A program made the translations under genes and the position numbers. Below the pieces are notes generated by a model. It saw only the letters and a program-made list of their open reading frames with translations. It was not told the origin of the DNA and did not search any database. Shown in pieces: positions 26,642 to 39,511 of a DNA stretch of 64,000 nt. The stretch is from Octopus vulgaris (taxonomy: Eukaryota): the NCBI GenBank assembly GCA_951406725.2, contig OX597814.1, positions 88,288,001 through 88,352,000 of the forward strand. Reading direction: 5' to 3'. The stretch's first letter is position 1; each line of letters begins with the position of its first letter.

Positions 26642-29210
26642 GGAGCCATAGTAAGGGACACTTGCCCAAGATTCAGCACAGTGAGACTGAACCTGAAAAC
26701 ACGTGGTTGCAAGGCGTGCTTCTTATCTACACAGCCAAGCCATACTTATAACTCTGTTAACTCTTTTCTTTTTCCTTTTCACTCTAAAACGGTAACACAA
26801 AGTTCTCTTGAAGATAGAATTCAACTAGTCATCTCAATTACGAAATTTGAAAATGATAGTGGAGTTGTGCGACAGGAAAAGAATTTACCACCACCAATCC
26901 ACTAGACTGTCAAACCACCAGTGGTGTTTATTTTGGATTTATTTGAGGTTTAGGGAATGTTGCCAAAAGTTCAGTCAGATCATAATTAGCTGGTGAAAAA
27001 TCTCTTAATATTGTCGACAAACTTGTCGTGGCAACTCATTCAATCTCAGTTTGTAGTAATGCTGCAGCTAAAGGAATGAGTCCGAGCTCATTTTACAACC
27101 TACTTCTAACGGTCTAATAATAAAATAAATGTTAGTCAAGCTGGTTTGAGTAGTGCTTCAAGTATTTATCCTTGAGATATTACTTATGAAACATCAAATG
27201 TGTGAAATAATTTTTCTTTGTACAGGGTATCTCGAAGGATACAATAAAGCTATAAACAATGGCATGTAAATATTGGACCGAAGAACCATTTTGGATAGAA
27301 AGAGTCGAAGGCTATCCCGTTCCATATCTTTTTCGACCTTATTATTTACATGCTATTCTTTATAGCTTTATGTGTGTATCGAGATTAACTGTCAAAAAAA
27401 AGAGAAAAGACAACAAGAATTATGTCGCGTTCTCTCGAAAGTTCATAAATTTTTATGGCATCAACAACATCAAATAAGCGTGTGTGTAGATAGGTAGGTA
27501 ATACATACATACATACATACATACATACATACATACATACATACATACATACATACAATGTATTTTCAGATTCCGAGTAGACTTTAATGGAGGAAGCATA
27601 TATCTTGTTTCATATTTAACTACGAAGTTTTAAAAAGTCATCCAGAAACAAATATGCTTTGAAGTAAACAATATTTATTAACAATTCATATAATTTTAGA
27701 TATTTCAGCAAGTATAGGAGACAAGTACTAAACAATTTCGATACTATTATCAACTCATTAGTAAAGCATACCCTTTACTATGCTTGCCGAAGTAGCAATA
27801 AAAGAATCTCTAAGTAAATGAACAAGATTGTACATAGTATTATTTAGAAAATAAATAACTCAGAAATGCTATCTGCTTGAAAAAAATATTTAAGTTGATA
27901 GTAACATTTAATGTATGGCGTATTAAAAGGCGAATAAATGATAGTCATGTGACTGTTAGTCAATGCCTATGTGGTAGCCATTTTTATAAACCATGATTAA
28001 TCACTTCTCATCTACCGTCATTGTCATCTTCCCTCCCTCCTTTTCCACCCCCTCTCTCTTTCTCTCTCTCTCCAGATGTTGACATGAAAATAAGATATGC
28101 TCATAACGTTAGTTATTACCATTAATTATATAAATATTATTGATAGCATACTTCGAATGAGGATGACTGTTTGCTTATAGGATTCAAACTAAAGCTAGGT
28201 TTCGGTGTGTTCTGCGATAGCCACAATGGACGATCAACAGCTATTAACGCATCACAATCAGTTCTGGCTGTTATGTTGAAACCATAAAAATGAGCCTTGC
28301 TGTCAATTTTCTTGAACGAATGTGAAAGATGAACAGAAGTAATAAGCTTAGAGCTAAAGTGGTACAGGAAGTGTTTGTGAATCACTTGTAAAGGCCGCTG
28401 GAGTAGCTTTTTTTTATTTTATTAATATAGTGTGGCGGTGTCAAACCAGAGCAAATCTGAATATTGCCTTGGATCCTTGCTTCCTTGCTCTGGCTCCCTG
28501 CAGTTTTGCACGAGCTCGCAAAATTTAATCTTAACATAAACTGTAACCCTACACATACCCCACTCATTTCACGTTTGTGTTTTTATTTCACAGAAATTAC
28601 GTTGTTTCATGATGTACTGATATATCTGCGACACATTTCACTAATTTTCGCTGTGGTGCGCTTGTTCCTCATTCGTTTGTTAAATGGGGATTAACAGATA
28701 AGTACTTTAAATAATATCTTCCTTAGTTTCGCACGTTCTTTTCTATCTCTTACATCTTTGGTTAAGATTTTCTGTAATTCACCATTTCTCACGTACCCTA
28801 GAGTAGCAAATAGCAAGGACGGTAATTAACTTTGCGACAGTCCTTTGTTTAATTCCCATTAGCACAGTCAGCAAGCCCATTCCTTTTGCCGTTATACCAG
28901 TGAAGGTACTCAACTAGCCCTTTCTCGCTCATTCTTGTAAAAATAGATTTGAAATAATGTTAACCACGAATATGCATTTTACTGCTCAATGTGCGCCAAC
29001 TTCACGTTATATCGTAGTTATTACTCTTCATTGAAGCTACGCTTTATTCAATTGTGATCTTAAGATAGGGAATCAAAGTTATTATTCGTCAGTTGTTAAC
29101 AAATTTGGTTACCGTTTTACTTCTTCCTCCCCAGTTAAGTTTGTTCAACTTTAAAATGTATTATCCACTATATTTCTTATAACTATCAGATGAGTGCTAC
29201 TTCACCCCCA

Positions 29211-29253
<43 letters not shown>

Positions 29254-29807
29254 CTCGCTCACTCACTCTTTTCCCACTTGTCATATTCTGGATGCCCCAC
29301 TGGGTCAAGAGTAGGAATACTGAGAAGGTTTCTGATGTTTTACTCGCGCCTCTTAGACTTCTAAAACAGCAAAAGCATGATAGTTGCTACCAAGTTATAT
29401 TCGCTCGGAAGCGACTGGATGTGGTTATTTATTTGTTACTTAGCCGAATAAGTGAAAAACAAGATTTCAACTGATAGATTGCTTGATTTTCTTAGTTGTG
29501 AAATGCTTGTTATGTTGCTCTCAAACATTCTGTTTCTATTTTGCTGTTCTCTCCCCACCTCATGAGCAAAACATTCCCACGCATCATTGATTTAATCGCC
29601 CATCGACCATAATTTCACGTCACAGTCACCTTACTCGCATCGGGTTTACTTTAGTCTCCCGAAGGTTAACATGCAGTTTACCGTTGTAAAAGAATTGAAA
29701 TAAATTCTACTAAAAAAATGGGAGTAAATTGCGATAGAAACCGGAAGTTGACGACAATTCTTACCCACATGTACATTACTTGAATTACACTATAACAAAT
29801 TTATCAT

Positions 29808-30999
29808 TGGCAAATGTTGGAATCCGTGGAAAAGTTCTACACTGGATAAAGTATTTCCTGGCGAATAGAACACAACATGTTGTAGTTGATGGAGTCCACT
29901 CAAGCCCAGCAAAAGTCACCAGCGGTGTTCCCCAGTGGACTGTTTTGGGTCCGCTACTCTTCATAATTTACGTAAACGACCTTTCCAGTGTCGTACATTA
30001 CTGCAAAGTGAAAATATTTGCTGATGACACTAAGCTCCAGCAAATCGTCAATGAAGAAGCAGACCGAACTCAACTCCAGTCTGATCTATATGCTGTGAGT
30101 CAATGGGCAGACAGAAACAAAATGCAACTGAATGAGGGAAAATTTGAGCTGATGCATTTTGGAAGAAATTCCTCACTAAAACAACCATACTCTCTTCCTT
30201 CAGGGGAACCGCTCACAGCCTCTAACAATATCAGAGACTTGGGTGTAATTGTTGATGACGATTTCAGTTGGAGTGCACACATCAACAAGAAGGTCGATAT
30301 AGCTCGTAGGATGAGTTCCTGGATCTTAAGAACTTTCCAGAGAACAAGGTGTCATCATACCACTTTTCTCCTCCTTTGTACGGCCACACCTTGAATACTG
30401 CTGCCCACTGTGGTCTCCCCATACAAGACAAAACATCTCCAGAATTGAGTCACCCCAGAGGGCACTCACTAAACGAATTGAAGGCATGGCTGCTCTCGAT
30501 TATTGAGATCGCCTTAAAGCCTTGAAACTTTACTCCCTCCAGCATCGCCGTGAGCGGTACATCATTTGTACGATGTGGAGAATATACCGCCAACTTTGCC
30601 CAAACGACCTTAACATTAGCTTCAAGGTCCATCCAAGACTGGGACCACGGGCCATACGTCCCCTGCCCAATTCAAGATCGCAACATACATGTACACTGCA
30701 ACATAATTTCTTTTCCTCAACAGGCCCTGCCCTATTTAACATTGTCCCGAGGGAGATCAAAGAGGAAAAGGATCCCATCAACTTTAAACGGAGTCTGGAT
30801 AGATTCCTTCAAAGAATACCAGATAAGCCACCCATAATTGGATACAACTCACCCAACAAGATCTCACTACTTGAACAAAACTTGACTTGAACAAAACTTG
30901 ACTTAAACAGGATTCGAATAATCCTATCAGGTGGTGCTATTAAGTTAGACATGGCCTGGACCAATCTATGGTCGAAACATATCTAAGTTATCTAAGTTA
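29808..30999 (+). mobile_element. 5'-truncated CR1-group LINE (RT C-terminal half)
   Basis: SGVPQWTVLGPLLFIIYVNDL, IFADDTK, RDLGVIVD, LEYCCPLWSP and LYSLQHRRERY, with one frameshift and one stop. The tail is (ATCTAAGTT)2. Confidence 0.9.
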
Positions 31000-31702
31000 T
31001 TATTACATTTTTTGCGTCTTTGGTCAGTCAGTGTTATTTCCTATTTGCTTCTATCTAGAAATTAAAGGAAATGACTACTACTCTCTTCAAACTTAGCCTT
31101 TGTGACCTGGATATCAATGTTTTCAAACTGACCTATTTTCCATTACATTTAAGACTGATTCAGTGCTGAGTTGCTGAAGTAGAAATATCGTTATAACAGA
31201 TACTCTGCTCACTACCACAGATTTGCTCGTCAGTTGATTGAGCTTAGCCACTTGAGCATGTCCGTTAGTGACTGACAATATGTACATCTATGACGATGAG
31301 CAGAAGTAGTGGGGAAGCATCATGGTCATGTGTTGAGGACGATTCCTTGGAGTTTGAATGAATGTAACGAAAGCAAAGTTTGAAGGAAATATTAGCCATT
31401 TTTCATACTTTCTAGGAGTAAGCATATAGGAAATAACAATTGCTACTCGAATACAAAAATCGTGTTATAGAGTGTTGTTACTGGCAGAGTCAAATGGCTC
31501 TTATCAAAATAAGAATTGGCGCATATTGTTGTTTCGAGTGAATCCACTGGAACAATTCTACTGTTTTCTGTCGGTTCTTTCTATAACTCATTAATGGTGC
31601 AGGATTATTGCATTGCTCACATGCAACTGCTTTTGCTATCATGCGTCTACATGCAAGCCACTGAATTACCTTCTTAGTAGCATTCTTTGCTGCGTTAAAA
31701 TG

Positions 31703-32329
31703 GGATCTTTACCTTTTGACAATCAGATTTAAAAAATCATTTTTTGTAACTAAACACTTTCAAACTTCGGGCACTGGTAGAATGTGTCATATAAAACGTC
31801 TTTTACTCTTAGCGTTTTTGAGAAAAGCTTATACTTAGAAAGTTATTTCACGTTAAAGTTGTAGTATTTCGGTGATTTCAACCAATCAATGACGTGTATT
31901 CAGCTGAATAAAATTACTGCTGTTATTTGTCATCAAGAACTTCCGGTTGTGTATACTTCGCTTGTCAATGTTATTTATGACAACCCTGACCCTAAAACCC
32001 TAACCCTAAAACCTTAAAGCTCAAACCGGTACAAACGCACGAACGATGTCATAAATAACAGTGACAAGCGAAAAATACACTGCCGATAGTTGTTGTTAAC
32101 AAACAATGGCAGTAATTTTATTCAGCTGAATACACGTCATTGATTGGTTGAAATTACCGAAATAGGCCAACTTTAACGTGAAATAACTTCCTAAATATAA
32201 GCTTTTCTCAAAAACGTTATGAGTAAAAGATGTTTTATATGACATTCTACCAGTGCCCGAAGTTTGAAAGTGTTTACTTACAAAAAAAAAAATTATTTTT
32301 AAAATCTGTCGATCAAAAAGTAAAGATCC
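31703..32329. mobile_element. Foldback MITE (GGATC termini, ~270-bp arms, CCCTAA-rich centre) with 8-bp TSD
   Basis: The arms are reverse complements over most of their length. TTAAAATG is present at 31695-31702 and 32330-32337. Confidence 0.9.
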
Positions 32330-32953
32330 TTAAAATGTTGTACTTCAGCTACTATTTCTGAAACATTTAACAGATCTTTAGAATGTACAATACAAGCAAG
32401 TCGGCAAGCTGGCAGAATCGTCAGCATGCTGGGAAAAATGCTTAGTAGCATTTCGTCCGTCCTTCCATTCTTAGATCAGATTCCGCCGAAGTCGACTTTG
32501 CCTCTCATCTCTTTGTGGTCGATTAAATAAATACCAATTGAACACCGGGGTCGATGTAATCGACTTACATCTCCCTCAAAATTGATGGCCCTAAACCTAA
32601 ATTCGATATCAATGTGCTATACACGTAGGTACCCGTGAACGTAGTGTAACGACGGAATGAATTCTTTATGTTCTGTTTATAAAATTTTGGTGTGTCACTG
32701 TCGTTACTTTCAGCTTGTAACGCAATTGACTTCTATTTTTTAGGACAATTTACTTTCACTTTCTACGATGGTTAACTGAATGTTAACCCTCCCAATTGGA
32801 TTGTCTAGAAATCATTGTATTTAAAAGAGAGATTGTTTTCAGTGTTGCAAATGCACGTATGCAAACTTGCACATTGTCATATGTGTGTGTGTGTGTGTAC
32901 ACACATATTAATATGTATATATGTACATACATACCTACATATATATATAATAT

Positions 32954-32984
<31 letters not shown>

Positions 32985-33064
32985 ATAAGTATGTATGTAT
33001 GTATGTATGTATGTATGTATGTATGTATGTATGTATGTATGTATGTATGTATGTATGTATATAG

Positions 33065-33272
33065 TTAATCCAAACATGAAAACACAAAGAGAAAACACAA
33101 CAACGCGAGGACGTGGAACAAATATAGTATTATTGGACGCTCAGGAAAGAAGGAAAGAAGGAGGGTTTAACGTTTCGAGCGGAGCTCTTGGTCGGAAACA
33201 TAGGAGAAGGAAAGATCCAGAGAAGGGAAGACAGAGGAAAAAAAATCGCCAACGGTACACACGAGGTCACAT
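33065..33272 (-). mobile_element. Penelope-type repeat copy with hammerhead-like motif
   Basis: Minus strand 33165-33199 reads GTTT-CCGACCA-A-GAGC-TCC-GCTC-GAAAC-GTT-AAAC. The downstream TCCTGAGCGTCCAATAATAC resembles the other two copies. Confidence 0.5.
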
Positions 33273-33385
33273 TTATGTATATATATATATATATTCACTT
33301 GTATATATCACTTGAATTTCATTTCTTCACTTCTTATGAACCTTATATTTTATTCACTTCACATGTGTGCGCACGCACGCACACG

Positions 33386-33462
<77 letters not shown>

Positions 33463-33626
33463 ACACACTGTAACCAACTCGAAATATCACTACAAACATG
33501 CTCAACAAAATGCTCCAAATAAATAAGGTCACAGAAAATTACTCTCACCATCTTAACAGAAATTACTTTTCCTTTCTTTTCCCATTTGTCATTGCTTCTT
33601 TTTGTTGTTTTTTTGTTTTATTTATT

Positions 33627-33676
<50 letters not shown>

Positions 33677-33740
33677 GTGTTTTGTTCTAACATTTCGGAC
33701 TGAGATTTATAAACTGAAATATTACTAAGTAATATGCTTG

Positions 33741-33772
<32 letters not shown>

Positions 33773-33939
33773 AATGATCGTTGTTGTTGCTGCTCTTGTA
33801 ATAGTAGTGGTAGTGGTAGTAGTAGTTGTTGTTGTTGCTGTTGCTGCTGCTTATCTTCTCTATCTCTAAGTTAATCGGTCAGGCAGATCTATGATCAAAG
33901 GCGTTCCGGTCATGACTATCCTATCTTTTACAATCATTG

Positions 33940-34176
33940 CAGTCGCCCAGGCGTACCAGCCTCCCCTCTCCACCCCACCAGTGTTATCCAAGGGAAAGAC
34001 AAAGGCCGATACAGCTTGGCACCAGTGACGTCGCAACTCATTTCTACAGCTGAGTGAACTGGGGCAATGTGAAATAAAATGTCTTGCTCAAGAACACAGC
34101 ACGCAGCCCGGTCCGGGGTTCGAACTCACAACCTGACGGTCGTAAGTTCACCGCTCTAACCACTTAGCCATGCGCC
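33940..34176 (-). mobile_element. tRNA-derived SINE, family C
   Basis: Head GGCGCATGGCTAAGTGGTTAGAGCG...GAGTTCGAACCCC, followed by a central domain GTGTTCTTGAGCAAGACA...CACTCAGCTGTAGAAATGAG. Confidence 0.7.
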
Positions 34177-34570
34177 TTCACACACGGACACTACTCACCG
34201 TTAAATGCAACAATCGATATAGTCACTGTGCATGTATTTTTTGTGGGGTCCTAGGGGCGACAAACTGAAGGGCCGCCCCGGGTGGCACACACTCTAGCTA
34301 CATCACTGGGATGCACCATTGAATAATGAGGCAGTACCGCCCAGTGCACTCCCTTAGCGACGAGCATGACTTCCAGAAATAGCATGACTCCCATAAGTCA
34401 AATTACATAGACGCATCGAACAAGTCTTGTACTAGTTTATCCAAATGACTGAAACGACTACAACGGCCTTAATGTTAATTAGAAAGCGTAGGGTATATTT
34501 GGTGTAGAACGTGTCTCTTACTACCCGGCTGGGTTGGCTGCTCGTGTTGGTTGGCTATATATCACAAGGT

Positions 34571-35171
34571 AAGGCGGCGAGCTGGCTGAATCGTTAGTGC
34601 GCCGGGCGAAATGCTTTGTGGTATTTCGTCCGCCGCTGCGTTCTGAGTTCAAATTCCGCCGAGGTAGACTTTGCCTTTCATCCTTTCGGGGTCGATAAAT
34701 TAAGTACCAGTGACGTACTGGGGTCGATGTAATCGACTTAATCCGTTTGTCTGTACTTGTTTGTCCCCTCTAGGTTTAGCCCCTCGTGGGCAATAAAGAA
34801 ATAGGTATTTCGTCTGCCGCTACGTCCTTAGTTCAAATTCTGCCGAGGTCGACTTTGCCTTTCATCCTTTCGGGGTCGATTAAATAATTACTAGTTACGC
34901 ACTGGGGTCGATATAATCGACTTAATCCGTTTGTCTGTCCTTCTTTGTCCTCTCTGTGTTTAGCCCCTTGAGGGTAGTAAAGAAATTGGTATTTCGTCGG
35001 CCGTTACATTCTGAGTTCAAATTCCGCCGAGGTCGACTTTGCCTGTCATCCTTTCGGGGTCGATAAATTAAGTACTAGTTACGCACTGGGGTTAGTATAA
35101 TCGACTTAATCCCTTTGTCTGTCCTCGTTTGTCCCTTCAATGTTTAGCCCCTTGTGGGCAATAAGGAAATA
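34571..35171 (+). mobile_element. Tandem trimer of tRNA-derived SINE family B (Meta/MESC-like central domain)
   Basis: Three ~180-230-bp units containing GCCTTTCATCCTTTCGGGGTCGATAAATTAAGTACC. One 15-bp TSD, TATAT(A/G)TCACAAGGT, lies at 34556-34570 and 35172-35186. Other family B copies at ~14475, 25870, 32402, 43175, 46201 and 55000. Confidence 0.85.
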
Positions 35172-37308
35172 TATATGTCACAAGGTCATGGCAGATGAGG
35201 AGATATTTCGCGGAGATGGAAACTAATTGGGACTCTGCTTTACGAATCGCCCGGTAGGATCCGAAAATATACCGACGCATTATCTTTTACTTGTTACTGC
35301 GGCTATGCTGGGGCAACGTCTTGAAGGATTTTAGTCGAACGAATCGACCACAGTACTTGCTTTTTTAAAGCCTGGTATTTATTCTATTGGTACCTTTTTG
35401 CCGAACCGCTAGATTATACACTAACATCGGCTGTCAAGCGATGGTGGGAAGGGGGACACAAACACACGCACACATATACATGGTGTCCAAAAAGTCATTA
35501 GACAAATAAAAAACTTTATTAAAATTACAACGGAAACTAGGTAACATAACCTTAATAAAACTATTAACATTAAAAAAAACTTTAATAATAACATCAATAT
35601 TCAACAAAAATTTAGTTGTCACCTCTAAGATTTTTCCAATAGCTTTTTGAAATAGTCTAAAGACTTTATGGATACCATGTGTATATATATTCGACAGGTT
35701 TCTAGTTTCCGTACCAAATCCTCTCTAAGCACTGCAACGGTGCATGCTCCCACCTGACCTGAGAACATTGTCAGAAACGGTAGTTCACTGACCGCATAGA
35801 CTTCAGCGAAGATTTAAAATAGAATCACAAACTCAGCGCTTGACAGTTATGAATAGAATTACTCATATATTTCCATTATAGATTTAACTTTAAACCGGTT
35901 TCTTTACTAAATGAAATATTAGGAAGTTTCTACGTCGGGAGAACCATTTTAGTGTCAGGTTGTATTGGCAGTGCATAAAAAACTTGTCGAGAAACATCTG
36001 TGCTGGGAAAAATGGTGACTCATTTATTTGACTAATTCATAAGTATGACAGCTATGCAACTTGTATTAAATTACTTTTGGACCATATAGATTAAAACATG
36101 GTTTTTTTTTGTATGTTTTTAAAGACTCTATCGATGTTTAGTGTCAAATATGAAACGTAGCAAGGTTTCACTATCTGGTAAAAGGTTTCCATAGCAAGAT
36201 TTACATGGAGGCTCAACTAGCCCAAAATAGCACGGAAATCTCTCAAACCGCTTCTTAAACGGTATTGAAAAGAAAGAGCATATTGACCTATATTGTTGTG
36301 AGTATATTATGCCTGAAAAAAAAAATAAATAACGATCATGGCTTAAGTACCTTTCGCAACTGCGTACTAACAGTGAAAGCTCTTAGTACCCAAGGGCAAA
36401 ATACTTTTGGTGTCACCACCTTAATTAACTGAAATGAAAGAATATTTGCACTACCAGCCTGAGGGTGATCGTACCTAGTGATGCTGCTAAAGTGTGTCAC
36501 CTGAGGCAACCCCTGATTTTTTTTTCGCTCTCCCTCCTGGGTCCCTAAGCCTATATAGCTTATACAAGCTTATACAACAGACCTGAAAGTACCGCCCTTA
36601 TGAAAGCGTCGTCCGAGGCGCTCTCCACCCATCACATCGCTACGTTATTGATGCCCCACACCCAGTACTCTTCAGTTTTGAAAAGGGCCTGCTCTAAACA
36701 ATAAATAATTCTACACCTGGTGACGGTGTAGTTAAGAAATCTTGTGTTGTGTAAGTGTGGAAATTTGTGTGTGTGTGTGTGTGTGTATGTGTGTGTGTGT
36801 GTGCGTGCGCGCGTTTATGTATGTGTGTATGTGTGCGTGCACATTTATGCGTGCTTATATTTATAATGGAACTGAAGGTTTATGATACCTGTGGAGTATC
36901 TCCTCCCATTATAATTGCTTTGTAGTTTCAAGGAGCTGGGACGGGTCGCCGATTTGTGACGCCCGTGCGAAGCGAGATGATGAGAATGGCTCCTTAGTAC
37001 ATCACACGGTCGATACAATAAATATAAATTGAACAATGCATATATGTGCCAGAGGGAAATAAGAAACACAACCGAGTAGAATGTTTAAGAGAAAATTTAT
37101 TGATATGTTAACATGTGTGATTGAGTGTGCGTCATATATACAGAATGATAGATAGACCGTCATAAGAATAAGATGTATGCGTGTGTATGTAGGCATAGTT
37201 GTATGCACGTTAAGAACATATAAGGATGGCGATGAAGAAGAGACAGTGAAAGAGTCTATAGCCATCAAAGTGAGGAGTAAGTTCATAGACACAAGAATGA
37301 TAAATACC

Positions 37309-37540
37309 TATTTCTTTATTATCCACAAGGGGCTAAACACAGAGAGGACAAACAAGGACAGACATAGGTATTAAGTCGATTACATCGACCCCAGTGCGTA
37401 ACTGGTACTTAATTTATCGACCCCGAAAGGATGAAAGGCAAAGTCGACCTCGGCGGAATTTGAACTCACAACGTAACGCAGACGAAATACCGCTAAGCAT
37501 TTCACCCGGCGTGCTAACGTTTCTGCCAGCTCGTCGCCTT
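37309..37540 (-). mobile_element. Full-length SINE family B with perfect 16-bp TSD
   Basis: AAGAATGATAAATACC at 37293-37308 and 37541-37556. Confidence 0.92.
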
Positions 37541-37675
37541 AAGAATGATAAATACCAGTTGGTAGTCAATGTACACGATAGCTGAAATACTGTATCAAGA
37601 AGTTGTGGCGAAGATGCAGAGCCGGTTGCGGTACGTGTCGTACGTGAAGTTGTCGCTGTGATGCTGCTGCCAGGG

Positions 37676-37849
37676 TCACTTGGTACAGGAGTTCTCGCAG
37701 GTTGAATATTTGCTGTTGAAGTAATTCACGAACAGTGCACTGTTGTAACTAGCGCGATTACGTAGAGAGATGTTGACGTTAGGACGAAAGGTGGCGACGG
37801 AGATGGAGGTCGCCGAATGCCGTTGGACAAAGTTGGTGAGTCTCCACAT
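37676..37849 (-). CDS. Candidate 57-aa small ORF or first coding exon (MWRLTNFVQRHSATSISVATFRP...CENSCTK)
   Basis: First ATG after the putative start site (GCAGCCATG), ~110 nt downstream of the TATA box, with C-rich third codon positions. I recognise no homology. Confidence 0.35.
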   Translation of the reverse strand: MWRLTNFVQRHSATSISVATFRPNVNISLRNRASYNSALFVNYFNSKYSTCENSCTK

Positions 37850-37919
37850 GGCTGCTGTTGTGTTGGCGCTGGGACCGGCGGTGTCTTGTGTGGTCAGTGG
37901 CCAGGCCTTAAAAGGTCTG

Positions 37920-38095
37920 GAACCGAAAGACATCGAGACGCGGGGAAGCTAGAGTTTTTATAAGGAGTCGTAAGCTCAAAGCTGAGTAGAAAACAGGCTG
38001 TCACACGTGACCTTATCTGAAGGCTGCGATTGGTTGGGTTGCGTATTGGTGCGAATAGAGCAAGAGACAAATTGCGCCAATACCAACCAATCAGA
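37920..38095 (-). promoter_or_regulatory. Putative Pol II promoter: TATA box, E-box, GATA site and four CCAAT boxes
   Basis: Minus-strand TATAAAA at 37962-37956, CACGTG at 38004-38009, AGATAA (minus) at 38013-38018, ATTGG at 38029 and 38045, and CCAAT at 38077 and 38087. The region is locally CpG-rich and not a repeat I recognise. Confidence 0.6.
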
Positions 38096-38416
38096 GTAGA
38101 GGACACAACAGGGTTAAAAAATGCGGCAAAAGGCTAGCTGTTATCTACTACATTCGTATGTGTGTATATATAATAGAGAGGAGAGGAATTTCACTCAAGT
38201 GTACGCTACATGTTTCTATACATGTACAGAGAGAGAAAGAAATGAAGAGGGAAAGAGAAAGAGAGTGAGAGATGATTTACAAACTCCTTTCTGGTTGCTA
38301 TTCTTTCTTTTTATTTGATTATCCTATTGTTTCTTAAACTTCCTTCCCTAGCGATTTATTTTTACTGAGTGAATTTTCTCACGACCGTCTTTCACTATAA
38401 TAAAATTCAATAGGTA

Positions 38417-38477
<61 letters not shown>

Positions 38478-39119
38478 TAAATAGATATATGAAGCATAAA
38501 AATACTGATAAGAAAAGGGAAACTCACAAAGTACAAAACAATGTAGATATAAGTGGGCGCAAAACTATTAATAACAAAAATATATATAAATATCTTCAGT
38601 GGAATGAGCGTGCTTATTTGTTTCGACGTAATACATCCAACTTTGAAGTTTGTTACTACTGTAAAGGGCATTCAAAGCCTACAGCAAGCTAGGGAGAGTG
38701 ACACTGACGGGCTAACAAGTGGACGATTACATAAGCGAGATTAGAAGGTTGGATGTAAGCAGGGTTTACGGAGTAGAGATGGTGTGGATTGTGAAGTTAG
38801 CTTTTGTGACCAGATTCCCTGATTATATATCTCAGTGCATTTGCAGAAGATGCCGGACATCGAAACGAAGTCTATAGGAGAACGAGTATTGACGCAAAAC
38901 AACACCATGTTGGAGCCCTGCCTTGTTGGGTTTAGTCGAAGAAACCGATCCCAGTGTAGGGTAGAATTTATGACAGACGAACTGTAGACAGGAACTTCGT
39001 TGCGGGCTAACTAGGAAGTTGGTCAGCAGCGAAACGGACTTCCAGTGGGAAAAGAACAAAAGAATGTCAGCAGTGAGTGTTAAACGAATCTGAATGAACT
39101 AAACAGAAATAGGTTAATG

Positions 39120-39463
39120 AGATCTTTACCTTTTGATCGACAGATTTTAAAAATAATTTTTTGTAACCAAATACTTTCAAACTTCGGACACTGGTAGAAT
39201 GTGCCATATAAAACATCTTTTACTCTTAGCATTTTGGGGAAAAACTTATATTTAGGAAGTTTATTTCACGTTAAAGTTGTAGTATTTCGGTAATTTCAAC
39301 CAATCAATGACGTGTATTCAGCTGAAAAAAATTACTGCTGTTGTTTGTCAACAAGAACTTCCGGCGGTGTATATTTCGCTTGTCACTGTTATTTATGACA
39401 ACCCTAACCCTAACACTAAAACCTTAAAGCTAAAATCAGTACAAACGCACGAACGATGTCATA
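39120..39463. mobile_element. Left half of the 31703-32329 foldback MITE
   Basis: Colinear with 31703-32053, including ACCCTAACCCTAA; the right arm is missing. Confidence 0.85.
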
Positions 39464-39511
39464 GTACTCGCTCAGGATGATGTCAGCGGGACGTCAGATA
39501 CTAGTATTTCG

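Noticed and set aside
34105-34176. tRNA-like sequence on the minus strand
   Set aside because: It has A/B boxes but no acceptor-stem pairing and runs into a SINE body, so it is a SINE head.
37701-37835. Plus-strand 135-bp exon between TTCTCGCAG and TTG|GTGAGT
   Set aside because: All three frames contain stops, and the nearby promoter motifs point the other way.
37676-37849. Antizyme-type +1 frameshift at the sORF stop (the +1 frame is open)
   Set aside because: It lacks the UCC-UGA shift site, and the +1 peptide does not resemble antizyme.
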